Part shown: positions 6,555-16,859 of the stretch, piece after piece
Layout of the letters: each line of letters opens with the position of its first letter
Numbering within the stretch: position 1 is the stretch's first letter
IMG/VR virus record: IMGVR_UViG_3300027656_000007
Span: 8,702-72,701 of that record
DNA: 64,000 bases
Strand: one strand, 5' to 3'
Origin: a virus
Lineage: Duplodnaviria; Caudoviricetes
Program-made: the position numbers and the translations under genes
The notes under the pieces: generated by a model
The model's database searches: none
Seen by the model: only the letters and a program-made list of their open reading frames with translations
Told to the model about the DNA's origin: nothing

Positions 6555-9433
6555 TGGCAAATGCATACACCCCAGAAGAAATCGCAGAACTCAAAGCACG
6601 AGAAGCAGATGAGATAAAACGCTTTGGTAAAGCCACAGTCGAAACCAGAATGGCTCTGATAGACATGGCTGTGGGTGCCAAAGGCGCCACAGCCGCAATG
6701 ACCAAAGGATTCAATAGTCTAGGTACATCGGCACTGGGTCTTACCAAACAACTGTACGACGGGGAAGTTGGCGCCAGTGTGTTCAACAAAAGCATTGGCG
6801 GTGTCACTGACGCATTGGGCGATCTAGTTGGATTGATTCCTTATGTGGGCGGCGCTCTTAAAACACTGGTAAAGGGTGCCAGTGAGTACACACAAGCTGT
6901 AAACAAACAAGCAGATTTACTATACAGTAATTATCAACGCATGTCCGAAATGGGTGCTGCTGGCGCCAAAGGCATGCAAGGAGTTTATGATAATTTAAAA
7001 CGCATGAACTACGGTACTGAAGAACTGGACAAGTTTGTTAGTATTGTTAAAGAAAATTCTCAGACGCTGGCACATTTTGGTGGCACAGCAACCCAAGGAC
7101 TTGATCAAATTTCCAGTGTGGCACAAGCCATACAGCAGAGTAATCTTGGGACAGAATTCCGCAACATGGGTATCAGTGTTGACGAAATCAACAAAGGTAT
7201 TGCTGGTTTTACAAAAATGCAATCTCTCTACGGCACACGCCAGAGAATGACTTCTGAAGAACAGGCCGCAGCAGCTTCTAATTACATTAGAGAAATAGAC
7301 TTGCTGGCCAAAATTACTGGCAAAAATAGAGAACAGCAACAGGCGCTGGAAGAAAGCGCCATGGCAGAAGAACGTTTTGCTGGCTACAGACAAGAATTAA
7401 AAAAACGTGCAGAAATGGGTGACCTTGCTGCCGCAGAACAAATAAAGACAGTTGACGCTACGCAAAAATGGCTAGGAGACCAAGCACCCGAAACACGCAA
7501 AGGTTTCTTGAATATCTTGTCTGGAACACTAGACACCCCTGAAGCAAAGAAACTACTGCTGACCATGCCTGAAGCAGCCGCAGTAGCAAGTAAAAAGATG
7601 TTCTCTGTTACAGAATTTCAGACAGCAATGTTGTCTGATCTAAAAAGAAACGAAGACGCTGCAAATCAAATGGCACAAGTGGGTGTCAACGATTCAACTT
7701 TTCTCAAGTACACTGAACAATTAAGGTTGCGTGCAAATCTTGAAGGCGGCCTCATGGACGAACGCCTGAAGCAAGCCAAACAAGAACAAAAAGTCAATGA
7801 CCAAGGCACTAAGGATATAACCAAGATTCAAGAAGAAAATCGCAAATCACGTGATAATCTTCAAGATCTTGTCAACGCAGGCATACCCAAGGTCACCGCA
7901 GGCATGAAAGGGCTAGCCACTGCTACTGACAAAACCATTGATACAATGACCAAAGCGGCTGAAAAATTAGGGGTCAGCGTTAAAAAGAGAGACGAATCTG
8001 CACCACCTGCTGTTGCTCCTCGAGCTGCTGCTCCACCACCTGCCGCACCTGCACCTGCCGCACCTGCACCTGCCGCACCTGCACCTGTTGCTGCCACGCC
8101 TGCACCTGCCGCACCTGCACCTGCCGCACCTGCACCTGCCGCGCCTGTTGCTGCCGCGCCTGTTGCTGCCGCGCCTGTCGCTGCCGCTGCCGCACCACCT
8201 GCTGCTCCTAAGGCTGCTGCTGCCCCTGTTGCTGCCGCTGCCGCACCACCTGCCCCTGTTGCTGCCGCTGCCGCACCACCTGCACCTGCTGCTACTCCTC
8301 GGGCCGCTGCTGCTCCTGCTGCTGCTACTCCTCGGGCCGCTGCTGCTCCTGCTGCTGCCGCACCTCAGGCTGCCGCACCTATATCGATACCAAGCGGAGG
8401 AGGTACTGCTGCTCCTGCCGCACCTACCACAGGAAAAAAAGTAGCAGAAAACAAAGAAGGCAAAAAAGAAAAAGTATCTATGTCTGGCAACGCAGGCAAA
8501 CTAGCTGATGAATTAGAAAAATATGGCATCACAAATGCGCTGGCAAAGAGGGCAATTATTCAAACGGCTGCCAAGGAATCAGGACTGAATCCACAGGCTA
8601 AAGAATCTGGAGCAACTGCTTATTTGGCTACACTAGCCAACAGAGGATTAGATTATATTTGGAAAGTTTTCCCGCAACTAAAACCTGGCGGTAGAGTAGC
8701 AAAAGAAAAAGGATTTGAAAAAACCGGAGTTCCGGCCAGTGCGTTAAACGAAGCCTGGAGCAAAGGAGATCAGTCATTCTTTGACTATGTTTATGGTGGA
8801 TTAAGTACAAATAAAAATCCTGGAGATGCTTACAAATATCGTGGACGTGGTTTTATTCAATTAACAGGTAGATCGGTCTACGACAAAGTTGGAAAAGAAG
8901 TAGGTAAAGATTTTGTAAACGATCCTGACCAAGTGGCCACAGATTTTAATTCATCTGCCGCTGCTCTAGCAGGCTACATGTTTATGACCCGGGGAGGCAA
9001 AGCCAATGCATTGAAAGATCTAAATTCAATGACTGATCCAAACGAGGCTTTGAAATATGCATTACACACTGTTGCTGGATTGGGACATAAAAAATCAGAT
9101 TTTGATGTAGCAGGTTCAAATTTGCAAGAACAATTTAAAAAAGCATCAGCGTATGGTTCTTTAGCAAATGAAGCAGTACCAGCTCAGTTTCAGGCCAAGA
9201 ACGGCGGCATAGTGCCGGCCTTGCCAGGTGGTGTTAATGTGTTGGCAGGTGAAGCTGGTCAAAACGAAGCAGTGGTGCCCTTGCCCAACGGCAAATCAAT
9301 ACCGATAGAAACTGCTAAAAATACCGAACAAATGGATGTGATGTTTGCACAGCTGGGCCGAATGGATGAGTTGATACGCATAATGCAGAACCAATTGGGC
9401 GTGTCAGAGAAGTTATTGAAGTATGCACAGTAA
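6554..9433 (+). CDS. Tape measure protein with Pro/Ala linker and C-terminal GH19-like lysozyme domain
   Basis: Ala/Gln/Glu-rich helical N-terminal half; AAKESG...GDAYKYRGRGFIQLTGR (GH19); C-terminal GGIV...AGEAGQNEAVVPL motif; start re-called at ATG 6554. Confidence 0.8.
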   Translation: MANAYTPEEIAELKAREADEIKRFGKATVETRMALIDMAVGAKGATAAMTKGFNSLGTSALGLTKQLYDGEVGASVFNKSIGGVTDALGDLVGLIPYVGGALKTLVKGASEYTQAVNKQADLLYSNYQRMSEMGAAGAKGMQGVYDNLKRMNYGTEELDKFVSIVKENSQTLAHFGGTATQGLDQISSVAQAIQQSNLGTEFRNMGISVDEINKGIAGFTKMQSLYGTRQRMTSEEQAAAASNYIREIDLLAKITGKNREQQQALEESAMAEERFAGYRQELKKRAEMGDLAAAEQIKTVDATQKWLGDQAPETRKGFLNILSGTLDTPEAKKLLLTMPEAAAVASKKMFSVTEFQTAMLSDLKRNEDAANQMAQVGVNDSTFLKYTEQLRLRANLEGGLMDERLKQAKQEQKVNDQGTKDITKIQEENRKSRDNLQDLVNAGIPKVTAGMKGLATATDKTIDTMTKAAEKLGVSVKKRDESAPPAVAPRAAAPPPAAPAPAAPAPAAPAPVAATPAPAAPAPAAPAPAAPVAAAPVAAAPVAAAAAPPAAPKAAAAPVAAAAAPPAPVAAAAAPPAPAATPRAAAAPAAATPRAAAAPAAAAPQAAAPISIPSGGGTAAPAAPTTGKKVAENKEGKKEKVSMSGNAGKLADELEKYGITNALAKRAIIQTAAKESGLNPQAKESGATAYLATLANRGLDYIWKVFPQLKPGGRVAKEKGFEKTGVPASALNEAWSKGDQSFFDYVYGGLSTNKNPGDAYKYRGRGFIQLTGRSVYDKVGKEVGKDFVNDPDQVATDFNSSAAALAGYMFMTRGGKANALKDLNSMTDPNEALKYALHTVAGLGHKKSDFDVAGSNLQEQFKKASAYGSLANEAVPAQFQAKNGGIVPALPGGVNVLAGEAGQNEAVVPLPNGKSIPIETAKNTEQMDVMFAQLGRMDELIRIMQNQLGVSEKLLKYAQ
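8000..8430 (+). repeat. In-frame Pro/Ala tandem repeats (PAAPA, PVAAAAAPPA)
   Basis: Repeated CCTGCCGCACCTGCA 15-mers and 30-nt duplications. Confidence 0.9.
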
Positions 9434-9439
9434 TCACGG

Positions 9440-9445
9440 TAAATA
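9440..9445 (+). promoter_or_regulatory. Late promoter TAAATA for the head operon
   Basis: GGTAAATA upstream of the portal, followed by SD AAGGA. Confidence 0.65.
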
Positions 9446-9470
9446 TTGTGTATGCTAAAGGAAATAGTAA

Positions 9471-11294
9471 ATGGCTGATTCATCAGTGAGAAACGGTAGA
9501 AATGGCGGCTGGCGCAAGTATTTTAAAGTGGCCGCAGGTGACGCTAATGGTCAACTGAGTCCGATATCAGGTCGCGGTCAATTTGGCATGCCCGGTTACG
9601 ATCGACAAAACGGCTATACCAACAACACCGGCACTGGAAATGACTTTGCATTTCGCAACTATGCCAGCAGACTGCCGGAAGTGTACTCAGGCCATCCCAA
9701 CCGTATTGAACGTTATAATCAGTACGAAAACATGGATCTTGACAGTGAAGTCAATGCCTGCTTGGACATCATTGCAGAATTCAGCACACAGAACAATACC
9801 GACAACAACACTCCTTTTGACATCACATTCAAAGAAACGCCTACAGACCACGAAGTAGAAATTATTAAAAAACAGTTGCAACAATGGACCAAGCTGAACA
9901 AGCTGGATCAGCGCATGTTCAAACTGTTCCGCAATACCATCAAGTACGGCGATCAACTGTTTGTACGTGACCCAGAAACATTTGAAATGTACTGGGTCGA
10001 CATGGTTAAGGTCAGTAGAGTGATTGTGAATGAAAGCGAAGGTAAGCGTCCTGAACAGTACATCATTCGTGACATCAACCCAAACTTTCAAAATCTCAGC
10101 ATTGCACAAAAAACCACCAGCGACTACTATGTAAGCCGTAGTACTGGCAGCACAGGACAAACCAACTACTCCAGTCCCAGTGGTGGTGCAGGTGGTGGCG
10201 CCGGCGGCACAGTAGGCAACAGCAGATTTGCACAGGCCATGAACGAAACCTGCGTTGATGCCAAGCACGTGGTGCATTTGAGTCTAAACGAAGGACTTGA
10301 TTACTTCTGGCCGTTTGGACAGAGTATCCTGGAAAACATCTTTAAGGTCTACAAGCAGAAAGAACTTCTGGAAGATTCGGTATTGATCTATCGTGTGAGT
10401 CGTGCGCCTGAGCGCAGAGTGTTCAAGATTGACGTGGGCAACATGCCCAGCCACATGGCCATGGCCTTTGTGGAACGTGTAAAAAACGAAATGCATCAGC
10501 GCAGAATTCCCACAGTGAACGGTGGCGGTGCAAACCTGATGGATGCTGCCTACAATCCACTCAGCATCAACGAAGACTACTTTTTCCCACAAACAGCTGA
10601 TGGTCGCGGTTCTAGCGTAGACACCTTGCCCGGCGGTACAGGACTGGGCGAAATTGACGATTTGAAGTACTTCAACAACAAAATGGCCCGTGGACTGCGT
10701 GTGCCCAGCAGTTACTTGCCCACCGGCCCTGACGACAGTGACCGTGCAATGAACGACGGAAAAGTTGGCACAGCACTGATACAAGAGTATAGATTCAACC
10801 AATATTGCGAACGTTTACAGCGTTTAATCATGCAGAAGCTGGATGATGAATTCAAGATGTTCATGAAATGGCGTGGATTCAATATTGACAACGGTATTTT
10901 TGACGTGGTGTTGGGTCCTCCGCAGAACTTTGCCAGCTATCGTCAAGCCGAAATGGACACCAGTAGAGTTGGCACATTCAGCACACTGGAGCAGTTGCCC
11001 TACATGAGCAAGCGTTTCTTGATGGAACGTTATCTAGGCTTAAGTCAAGAAGAAATTGTGGAAAACGAAAAACTCTGGAAAGAAGAGCGCGATCAGCCTG
11101 AGCTCAGCACAACTCAAGGACAGGATCTGCGTAGTATTGGTATTACCCCAGCAGGTATGGAAGCAGACATTACCACCGGTGAAGAACTTGCAGCCATGCC
11201 GCCAGCTGGTGCTGCTGATCCCGGTGCCATACCTGGTGCACCGCCTGGGCCTGGCACAGCACCCACAGCCGTTCCTCCGCCACCAACGGCATAA
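9471..11294 (+). CDS. gp20: Portal protein
   Basis: YENMD.DSEV..CLDII, DAKHVVH, QKELLEDSVLIYRVSRAPERRVFKIDVGNMP, EDYFFPQ..DGRGS.V.TLPGG. Confidence 0.95.
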   Translation: MADSSVRNGRNGGWRKYFKVAAGDANGQLSPISGRGQFGMPGYDRQNGYTNNTGTGNDFAFRNYASRLPEVYSGHPNRIERYNQYENMDLDSEVNACLDIIAEFSTQNNTDNNTPFDITFKETPTDHEVEIIKKQLQQWTKLNKLDQRMFKLFRNTIKYGDQLFVRDPETFEMYWVDMVKVSRVIVNESEGKRPEQYIIRDINPNFQNLSIAQKTTSDYYVSRSTGSTGQTNYSSPSGGAGGGAGGTVGNSRFAQAMNETCVDAKHVVHLSLNEGLDYFWPFGQSILENIFKVYKQKELLEDSVLIYRVSRAPERRVFKIDVGNMPSHMAMAFVERVKNEMHQRRIPTVNGGGANLMDAAYNPLSINEDYFFPQTADGRGSSVDTLPGGTGLGEIDDLKYFNNKMARGLRVPSSYLPTGPDDSDRAMNDGKVGTALIQEYRFNQYCERLQRLIMQKLDDEFKMFMKWRGFNIDNGIFDVVLGPPQNFASYRQAEMDTSRVGTFSTLEQLPYMSKRFLMERYLGLSQEEIVENEKLWKEERDQPELSTTQGQDLRSIGITPAGMEADITTGEELAAMPPAGAADPGAIPGAPPGPGTAPTAVPPPPTA

Positions 11295-11302
11295 ATACCT
11301 GT

Positions 11303-11524
11303 ATGATTCTAAACGAACTTTACCAGCGTGAACCCGAAGGCTATCAAGATGTTGCGCAAGACAACAGCCAGCCTCAAAAAGGTCAGCTGCGCAAAACTCG
11401 TTTGACACTAAGACAACTAAATAAACTGCGTCAGATGAACGACGTAAGAACATTTGAGTACAAAGAAAAACTCAAAGACATTCGCAAGCAGTATGCTCCC
11501 CCGGCCGCCCCTCCTGGCCTTTGA
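11303..11524 (+). CDS. Small hypothetical head-associated protein
   Basis: 73 aa between portal and prohead core genes; own TAAATA at 11292-11297. Confidence 0.65.
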   Translation: MILNELYQREPEGYQDVAQDNSQPQKGQLRKTRLTLRQLNKLRQMNDVRTFEYKEKLKDIRKQYAPPAAPPGL

Positions 11525-11632
11525 CCCTGTCATAAATTAGTCAAATATACCATATTTGACGCTTAAATATGCTCATATTACTATTTTTATGTAAGTAATA
11601 CACATGAGCCATAACCTTTTGGAGGAAACAAT

Positions 11633-12382
11633 ATGACATCAAAATTTGAACAGTTAATTGAATTTGTAATTAACGACGAAGAAGCAAAAGCTAGAGAACT
11701 TTTCCATGACATCGTAGTTGAGAAATCTCGCGAAATCTACGAAAGTTTGATGGACGAGGAAGAAGTTGACGAAAGTGTTGAAAACGACGGCGATGCAGCC
11801 GACGATTTGATTACTGACGTTGAAACTGAAGAAGAAGGCATGAACGAAGAAGACGACATGGATGCTGAGTTTGACGACGAAGCAGAAGAAGCCGGTGATG
11901 ATCTTACTAAAGACATCGAAGGTGACAGTGACGCAGGTTCAGGCGAAGACAACATTGAAGACCGCGTGGTTGATCTTGAAGACAAGCTAGACGAACTAAT
12001 GGCTGAATTTGAAGCCATGATGGGCGGCGAAGGCGGCGAAGAAGAACAAGAATTTGACATGGATGCTGGCGGCGACGCTATCGAGATGGACGACACATCT
12101 GAAATTATGCCAGAAATGGGCATGATGGAAGCTGTAAGTTTGACCAAAGTGGCTCCTGCTAAAATGGGCGACAACGGTGCCAACACCAAAAGTATAGTGC
12201 CACATAACTCAGGTGCAAAAGGTATGGCTGCAAGTCCAGTTAAAATGACTGGTGACACTGCACAAGGTCGTCCTGCTCCATCTGTAAAAGACATGGGCAT
12301 GACAACCAGTCCCAAGCAAGGTGCTGCACCCAAGCCAGTGACAACACAGGCCGCAGGCGTAAACACTAAATCTCCAGTCTAA
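11633..12382 (+). CDS. Acidic prohead core protein (gp67/68-like role)
   Basis: Very Asp/Glu-rich; position before the protease; GGAGG SD. Confidence 0.6.
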   Translation: MTSKFEQLIEFVINDEEAKARELFHDIVVEKSREIYESLMDEEEVDESVENDGDAADDLITDVETEEEGMNEEDDMDAEFDDEAEEAGDDLTKDIEGDSDAGSGEDNIEDRVVDLEDKLDELMAEFEAMMGGEGGEEEQEFDMDAGGDAIEMDDTSEIMPEMGMMEAVSLTKVAPAKMGDNGANTKSIVPHNSGAKGMAASPVKMTGDTAQGRPAPSVKDMGMTTSPKQGAAPKPVTTQAAGVNTKSPV

Positions 12383-12388
12383 GAGATT

Positions 12389-13036
12389 ATGGCTCGTTAT
12401 CTACAAGAACACTTGACATTCTCACAAGCGCAGGTAAAACTGCTGAGTGAGGATGCTCCTGATGGTTCTGGTAAAACCCTTTATATGGAAGGGATTTGCA
12501 TTGAAGGCGATAAACGCAATGCAAATGAAAGAATATACCCTGCTCACGAAATTCGTAAAGCAGTTGGCACTATTAATGAACAACTTAAAAGTGGCAATTC
12601 GGTATTGGGAGAAGTAGATCATCCGGATGATCTTAAAATTAACCTAGACCGTGTGAGTCACATGATTGATAAAATGTGGTGCGACGGTGCTATCGGTTAT
12701 GGAAAATTAAAGATATTACCAACACCAATGGGTCAACTGGTCAAAACCATGTTGGACAGCGGTGTTAGATTAGGTGTTTCAAGTCGTGGATCCGGAAACG
12801 TCGACGACAGGACAGGACATGTCAGTGATTTTGAAATAGTCACTGTAGATGTAGTTGCACAACCTAGTGCTCCAAATGCATATCCCACAGCAATCTATGA
12901 AGGCCTCATGAACATGAAGTACGGACATAGATTATTGGAAGTGGCACGTGAAGCCGGCGCGGACAACAAGGTACAAAGATATTTGAAAAGTGAAGTAGTA
13001 AAGCTGATCAAAGATCTTAAAATAAGGGAGGAATAA
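12389..13036 (+). CDS. gp21: Prohead core protease
   Basis: LYMEGI, NANERIYP, LGEVDHP, GVSSRGSG, DVVAQPSAPNAYP. Confidence 0.95.
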   Translation: MARYLQEHLTFSQAQVKLLSEDAPDGSGKTLYMEGICIEGDKRNANERIYPAHEIRKAVGTINEQLKSGNSVLGEVDHPDDLKINLDRVSHMIDKMWCDGAIGYGKLKILPTPMGQLVKTMLDSGVRLGVSSRGSGNVDDRTGHVSDFEIVTVDVVAQPSAPNAYPTAIYEGLMNMKYGHRLLEVAREAGADNKVQRYLKSEVVKLIKDLKIREE

Positions 13037-13038
13037 GC

Positions 13039-14139
13039 ATGTTAGATGCTATTAAACCGTTACTTGATAGCGACTTGATCACCGAGGAAACTCGTCAAGA
13101 GATCAACGAAGCTTGGGAAGCCAAGCTGGTTGAAGCTCGTGAACAAGCTCGTGCAGAACTACGTGAAGAGTTTGCACAACGCTATGAACATGACAAAACA
13201 GTGATGGTGGAAGCCCTGGATCGTATGGTAACAGATGGTCTCTCCGCAGAGATTCAAACTCTTGCAGCTGAAAAAGCGCAATTAGTTGAAGACCGCGTTA
13301 AGTTTCAACGCAAGATGAATGAAAGTGCTACAAAGTTCAACAACTTTATGGTCACCAAACTTGCTGAAGAAATTAGCGAACTGCGCAAAGACCGCAAGCA
13401 GCACAATGAAGGACTAGAAAAACTAGAAGGCTTTATTGTGCATGCTTTGGCTCGTGAAATTCAAGAATTCGCAACCGACAAACGTGATGTTGTAGAAACA
13501 AAAGTTCGTTTGGTTCGCGAAGCACGTAGTCAACTGGAAGCATTGAAAGCGCGATTTGTAACAGAATCTGCACAGAAAATGAGTCAAGCTGTTAGCCGTC
13601 ATCTAAAGGCCGAACTTGGTCAATTACAAGAAGACATCCGAGTTGCTCGTGAGAACAATTTTGGCCGTCGAATCTTTGAAGCATATGCAAGTGAATTTGG
13701 TGCTACCTATCTCAATGAGAAAGCAGAAGTACGTAAACTACACAACACAATTGCACAAAAAGATGCAAAATTGTCCGAAGCCATCAAACTTATTAAGAAT
13801 GTAAAAGTTCTTAACGAGTCAAAAGAGCGTGAAATACGAATGATCAAAGAGTCCAACCAACGTGCAAACGTGATGGACGAATTGTTGTCTCCTCTTAACA
13901 AAGAGAAGCAAGATGTCATGCGTAATTTACTCGAAAGCGTACAAACATCACGTTTGAAAAACGCATTTGAAAAGTATCTTCCAGCTGTTCTAACCGACCG
14001 CTCTGTGAAAGCCTCAAAAGTAATCACAGAATCCGTGTCCACAGTCACTGGCGATAAATCTGCCCGTAGCCAATTTGAAGACGACAGTGCTGACAACAGC
14101 AACGTTATCGACATCAAGCGTTTGGCAGGGTTAAATTAA
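13039..14139 (+). CDS. gp22: Prohead scaffolding protein
   Basis: Long coiled coil, Glu-rich, between protease and MCP. Confidence 0.85.
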   Translation: MLDAIKPLLDSDLITEETRQEINEAWEAKLVEAREQARAELREEFAQRYEHDKTVMVEALDRMVTDGLSAEIQTLAAEKAQLVEDRVKFQRKMNESATKFNNFMVTKLAEEISELRKDRKQHNEGLEKLEGFIVHALAREIQEFATDKRDVVETKVRLVREARSQLEALKARFVTESAQKMSQAVSRHLKAELGQLQEDIRVARENNFGRRIFEAYASEFGATYLNEKAEVRKLHNTIAQKDAKLSEAIKLIKNVKVLNESKEREIRMIKESNQRANVMDELLSPLNKEKQDVMRNLLESVQTSRLKNAFEKYLPAVLTDRSVKASKVITESVSTVTGDKSARSQFEDDSADNSNVIDIKRLAGLN

Positions 14140-14157
14140 TTTTAAAGGAGACATTAA

Positions 14158-15354
14158 ATGTCACAACAATTATTAGAAGGTCGCTGGGACGAGACCAAGG
14201 AAGCACTGCTTGAAGGTCTAAACGGTTCTAAGCGCACCAGTATGAACGTTATTCTTGAGAATACACGTAAGTACTTGAAAGAAAACGCAAGTGCTGGTTC
14301 CACAGCCGCTGGCAACATCGCTACATTAAACCGTGTGATTCTGCCAGTTATTCGTCGTGTAATGCCAACAGTTATCGCTAACGAGTTGGTAGGCGTTCAG
14401 CCAATGACAGGCCCAGTTGGTCAAATTCACACTCTACGTGTGCGTTACGCTGGTAACTTAACTGATAACTCAGCAGCCGCAACCAGCGTCACAGCTGGTC
14501 AAGAAGCATTGAGTCCATTCACCATTGCTACTGCATACTCTACAGTTGGCAAAGACACAACAAGCACATCTTCTTACACAGGCGCTAACACAGCAACGCT
14601 TGAAGGTAACGGCGGTAAGCAAATTTCCGTACAGATCTTGAAGCAAGCAGTTGAAGCCAAGACACGTAAGTTGCAAGCTCGTTGGACATTTGAATCTGCA
14701 CAAGACGCACAAGCCATGCACGGCATTGACGTTGAAGCAGAAATCATGGCTGCACTGGCACAAGAAATTACAGCTGAAATTGACCAAGAGATTCTCTTGA
14801 GTTTGAGCACATTGGCTGCTGTTGAGTACACATACAACCAAGCTACCGTTAGTGGTACTGCTACGTTTGTGGGTGACGAACACGCTGCTTTGGCAGTGTT
14901 GATCAACCGCACAGCTAACTTGATTGCTCAGCGTACACGTCGTGGCGCTGGTAACTGGGCTGTTGTAAGTCCAGCTGCATTGACAGTGTTGCAAAGTGCA
15001 ACTACTAGTGCGTTTGCTCGCACTACAGAAGGCACATTCGAAGCACCAACAAACACCAAGTTTGTCGGTACATTGAACGGCGCAATGCGTGTGTTTGTTA
15101 ACAGCTACGCTAGCGACACTGCTAACGTGCTAGTTGGCTACAAAGGTACTAGTGAGGCTGATGCAGCCGCATTCTATTGCCCATACATTCCTCTAATGAG
15201 TAGTGGTGTTGTTCTTGACCCAACTACATTCGAACCAGTCGTGTCATTTATGACTCGTTATGGCTTCGTAGAGTTGACAAACACTGCAAGTTCGTTCGGT
15301 AACGCTGCTGACTACGTTGGCGAGATTGCTGTTCAAAACTTGTCATTCAGTTAA
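14158..15354 (+). CDS. gp23: Major capsid protein
   Basis: ILPVIRRVMPTVIANELVGVQPMTGPVG, TRKLQARW, DVEAEIMAALAQEITAEID, FYCPYIPL, MTRYG. Confidence 0.97.
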   Translation: MSQQLLEGRWDETKEALLEGLNGSKRTSMNVILENTRKYLKENASAGSTAAGNIATLNRVILPVIRRVMPTVIANELVGVQPMTGPVGQIHTLRVRYAGNLTDNSAAATSVTAGQEALSPFTIATAYSTVGKDTTSTSSYTGANTATLEGNGGKQISVQILKQAVEAKTRKLQARWTFESAQDAQAMHGIDVEAEIMAALAQEITAEIDQEILLSLSTLAAVEYTYNQATVSGTATFVGDEHAALAVLINRTANLIAQRTRRGAGNWAVVSPAALTVLQSATTSAFARTTEGTFEAPTNTKFVGTLNGAMRVFVNSYASDTANVLVGYKGTSEADAAAFYCPYIPLMSSGVVLDPTTFEPVVSFMTRYGFVELTNTASSFGNAADYVGEIAVQNLSFS

Positions 15355-15388
15355 TATTTTATTCATCTCAGGGATGGGAAGAAGCAAG

Positions 15389-15411
15389 AAAGCGCCGCAA
15401 GGCGCTTTTTT
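15389..15411 (+). terminator. Rho-independent terminator after the MCP
   Basis: AAAGCGCC-GCAA-GGCGCTTT followed by T-tract. Confidence 0.85.
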
Positions 15412-15430
15412 GTTGAGTATAAATATTGAT

Positions 15431-15565
15431 ATGATAGCACAAATAAAATATTCAGGACTATTCCCAGAGCGACACCCAAGCCCGATCGGTACCACACTAG
15501 GATTACCACAACCCAAACCTGTGGCACCAGTGGTGCCTGTACAACTGCAACCTGTTAAATCTTAA
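15431..15565 (+). CDS. Putative 44-aa Pro-rich small protein
   Basis: MIAQIKYSGLFPERHPSP...; perfect TATAAATA (15418-15425) 5 nt before the ATG. Confidence 0.45.
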   Translation: MIAQIKYSGLFPERHPSPIGTTLGLPQPKPVAPVVPVQLQPVKS

Positions 15566-16715
15566 ACAGTTTCAAGTGTAGACGGATTTTTTCAACTACA
15601 CTAGCCCAGTCACCTATTTTGGGTTGACGGAACAATCTAGCAGTGGCATACCAAGGTGTGTCATCTCTATTCAGTAACCAGCGCCAGCACGGTGCATAGT
15701 TGTTCAGCATGATCCATGTGGGCTTGCCCAGCGCAGCGGCAAGATGTGCAGCAGCCGTGTCCACACTTACAACCACATCAAGATTTGCGACCAATGCGGC
15801 TGTGTCTGCAAAGTGTTTTACACCACCAGGGAAACAGCGTACTCCTGCTGACACTAGTTGTTCTTCTTCTTCGGCAGTGCAATCCGCTTGTAGGTTGTAC
15901 CATTCATAATCAGGATTTGATTTAATCAAGGTCATCATGGTCTCGAACGGCATGGATTTGTGTTGATTGATCCAACTGTCTCTGCGACCTGACCAAGCAA
16001 ATCCCACACGTAGTTTCAGTTTGGCTCCTAGATTCCTGCGCCAATCTGCAACCAATGCAGGATTGGGGTTTAAATATTGAATAATAGTGGGCAAGTTATC
16101 CACACGCACATTCAGCTTGCCGGGCAAGCTCATCATTGGCACCCAGTAATCAAAGGTGTCGCCTGGGTTCTCAGCATAGCTGATTACTCGAACACCACGA
16201 CCCAATTCGCTGGACTGTATTAACGGAATCATTGCATCGGTTACCTGTACTGTCACAGTGGCTCCGATGTTTTTTAAGTTCTGTACAAAACGCACAAACT
16301 GGATGATATCACCGTGACCTTGTTCACCGCGAACAAAAATTGTTTTGTCTTTGAGATCTTCGCCCTGCCACACCGGCCACGGATAATTGGGTATCGTGCC
16401 GCGAAGATGCTCAAAATTGTGCCGCGCTTCGTAGGCCGGCCATCCTCTCACATAATCTCCGCTGGCCAGGTACGCAACTGACAAATTAAAATGGTGTGTT
16501 ATGTTGCTGGCATCCAGTTGAATGGCTCGCTGTAAAAATGGAATAGCACCCACAGGATCACCAATTTCACGCAAGACATTGCCGTAGTTGTTGAATGCGC
16601 CAGCTGACCCACGGTCGTTGGTCAGTGCGATTGCGTACTGTTGTAGGGCCTGTTCGGGCAGGTGTTGTTCTCTATAGGCATTGCCTTGAGCAATGAGTTG
16701 TTCTGTGTTTTGCAT
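15555..16715 (-). CDS. TPR-repeat protein with GT9-like (GT-B) glycosyltransferase domain
   Basis: N-terminal TPRs (AFNNYGNVLREIG); EQGHGDIIQFVRF, VGFAWSG, DVVVSVDTAAAHLAAALGKPTWIML. Confidence 0.85.
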   Translation of the reverse strand: MQNTEQLIAQGNAYREQHLPEQALQQYAIALTNDRGSAGAFNNYGNVLREIGDPVGAIPFLQRAIQLDASNITHHFNLSVAYLASGDYVRGWPAYEARHNFEHLRGTIPNYPWPVWQGEDLKDKTIFVRGEQGHGDIIQFVRFVQNLKNIGATVTVQVTDAMIPLIQSSELGRGVRVISYAENPGDTFDYWVPMMSLPGKLNVRVDNLPTIIQYLNPNPALVADWRRNLGAKLKLRVGFAWSGRRDSWINQHKSMPFETMMTLIKSNPDYEWYNLQADCTAEEEEQLVSAGVRCFPGGVKHFADTAALVANLDVVVSVDTAAAHLAAALGKPTWIMLNNYAPCWRWLLNRDDTPWYATARLFRQPKIGDWASVVEKIRLHLKLFKI

Positions 16716-16775
16716 GACAATATTTACATGTTATTCAGCAGGCATTAAAATATCATGACTGCATAAATACTTGTC

Positions 16776-16832
16776 AACGCAATCATGCGTTTTATGCAGG
16801 CTTAAGACCCCTGCGTAGCGGCTAGAACCCGC
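16776..16832 (+). promoter_or_regulatory. Three-hairpin structured 5' leader between late promoter (16764-16769) and SD
   Basis: AACGCA/TGCGTT, TATGCAGG/CCTGCGTA and GCGG/CCGC stems in tandem. Confidence 0.55.
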
Positions 16833-16859
16833 ATCGGACTTCTTTAAGGAGAAAACAAA

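Noticed and set aside
6529-6807. N-terminal extensions of ORF 5692..6807 and ORF 6527..9433
   Set aside because: They overlap each other head-to-head; ATG 6528 (-) and ATG 6554 (+) fit the SD and promoter positions.
7861-8444. Alternative-frame ORFs (poly-LHP, poly-QVR, poly-AG) in the tape measure
   Set aside because: Frame-shifted readings of the Pro/Ala repeat.
9583-14994. Overlapping ORFs inside portal, core, scaffold and MCP genes (for example 9687..10277, 11737..12366, 14470..14994)
   Set aside because: Shadows of well-supported T4-like genes, with no motifs or expression signals.
16770-16845. Bona fide tRNA-Leu(UAA) gene
   Set aside because: No 7-bp acceptor stem, variable arm or CCA; C instead of T at position 54. 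No canonical tRNA was found anywhere in the window.
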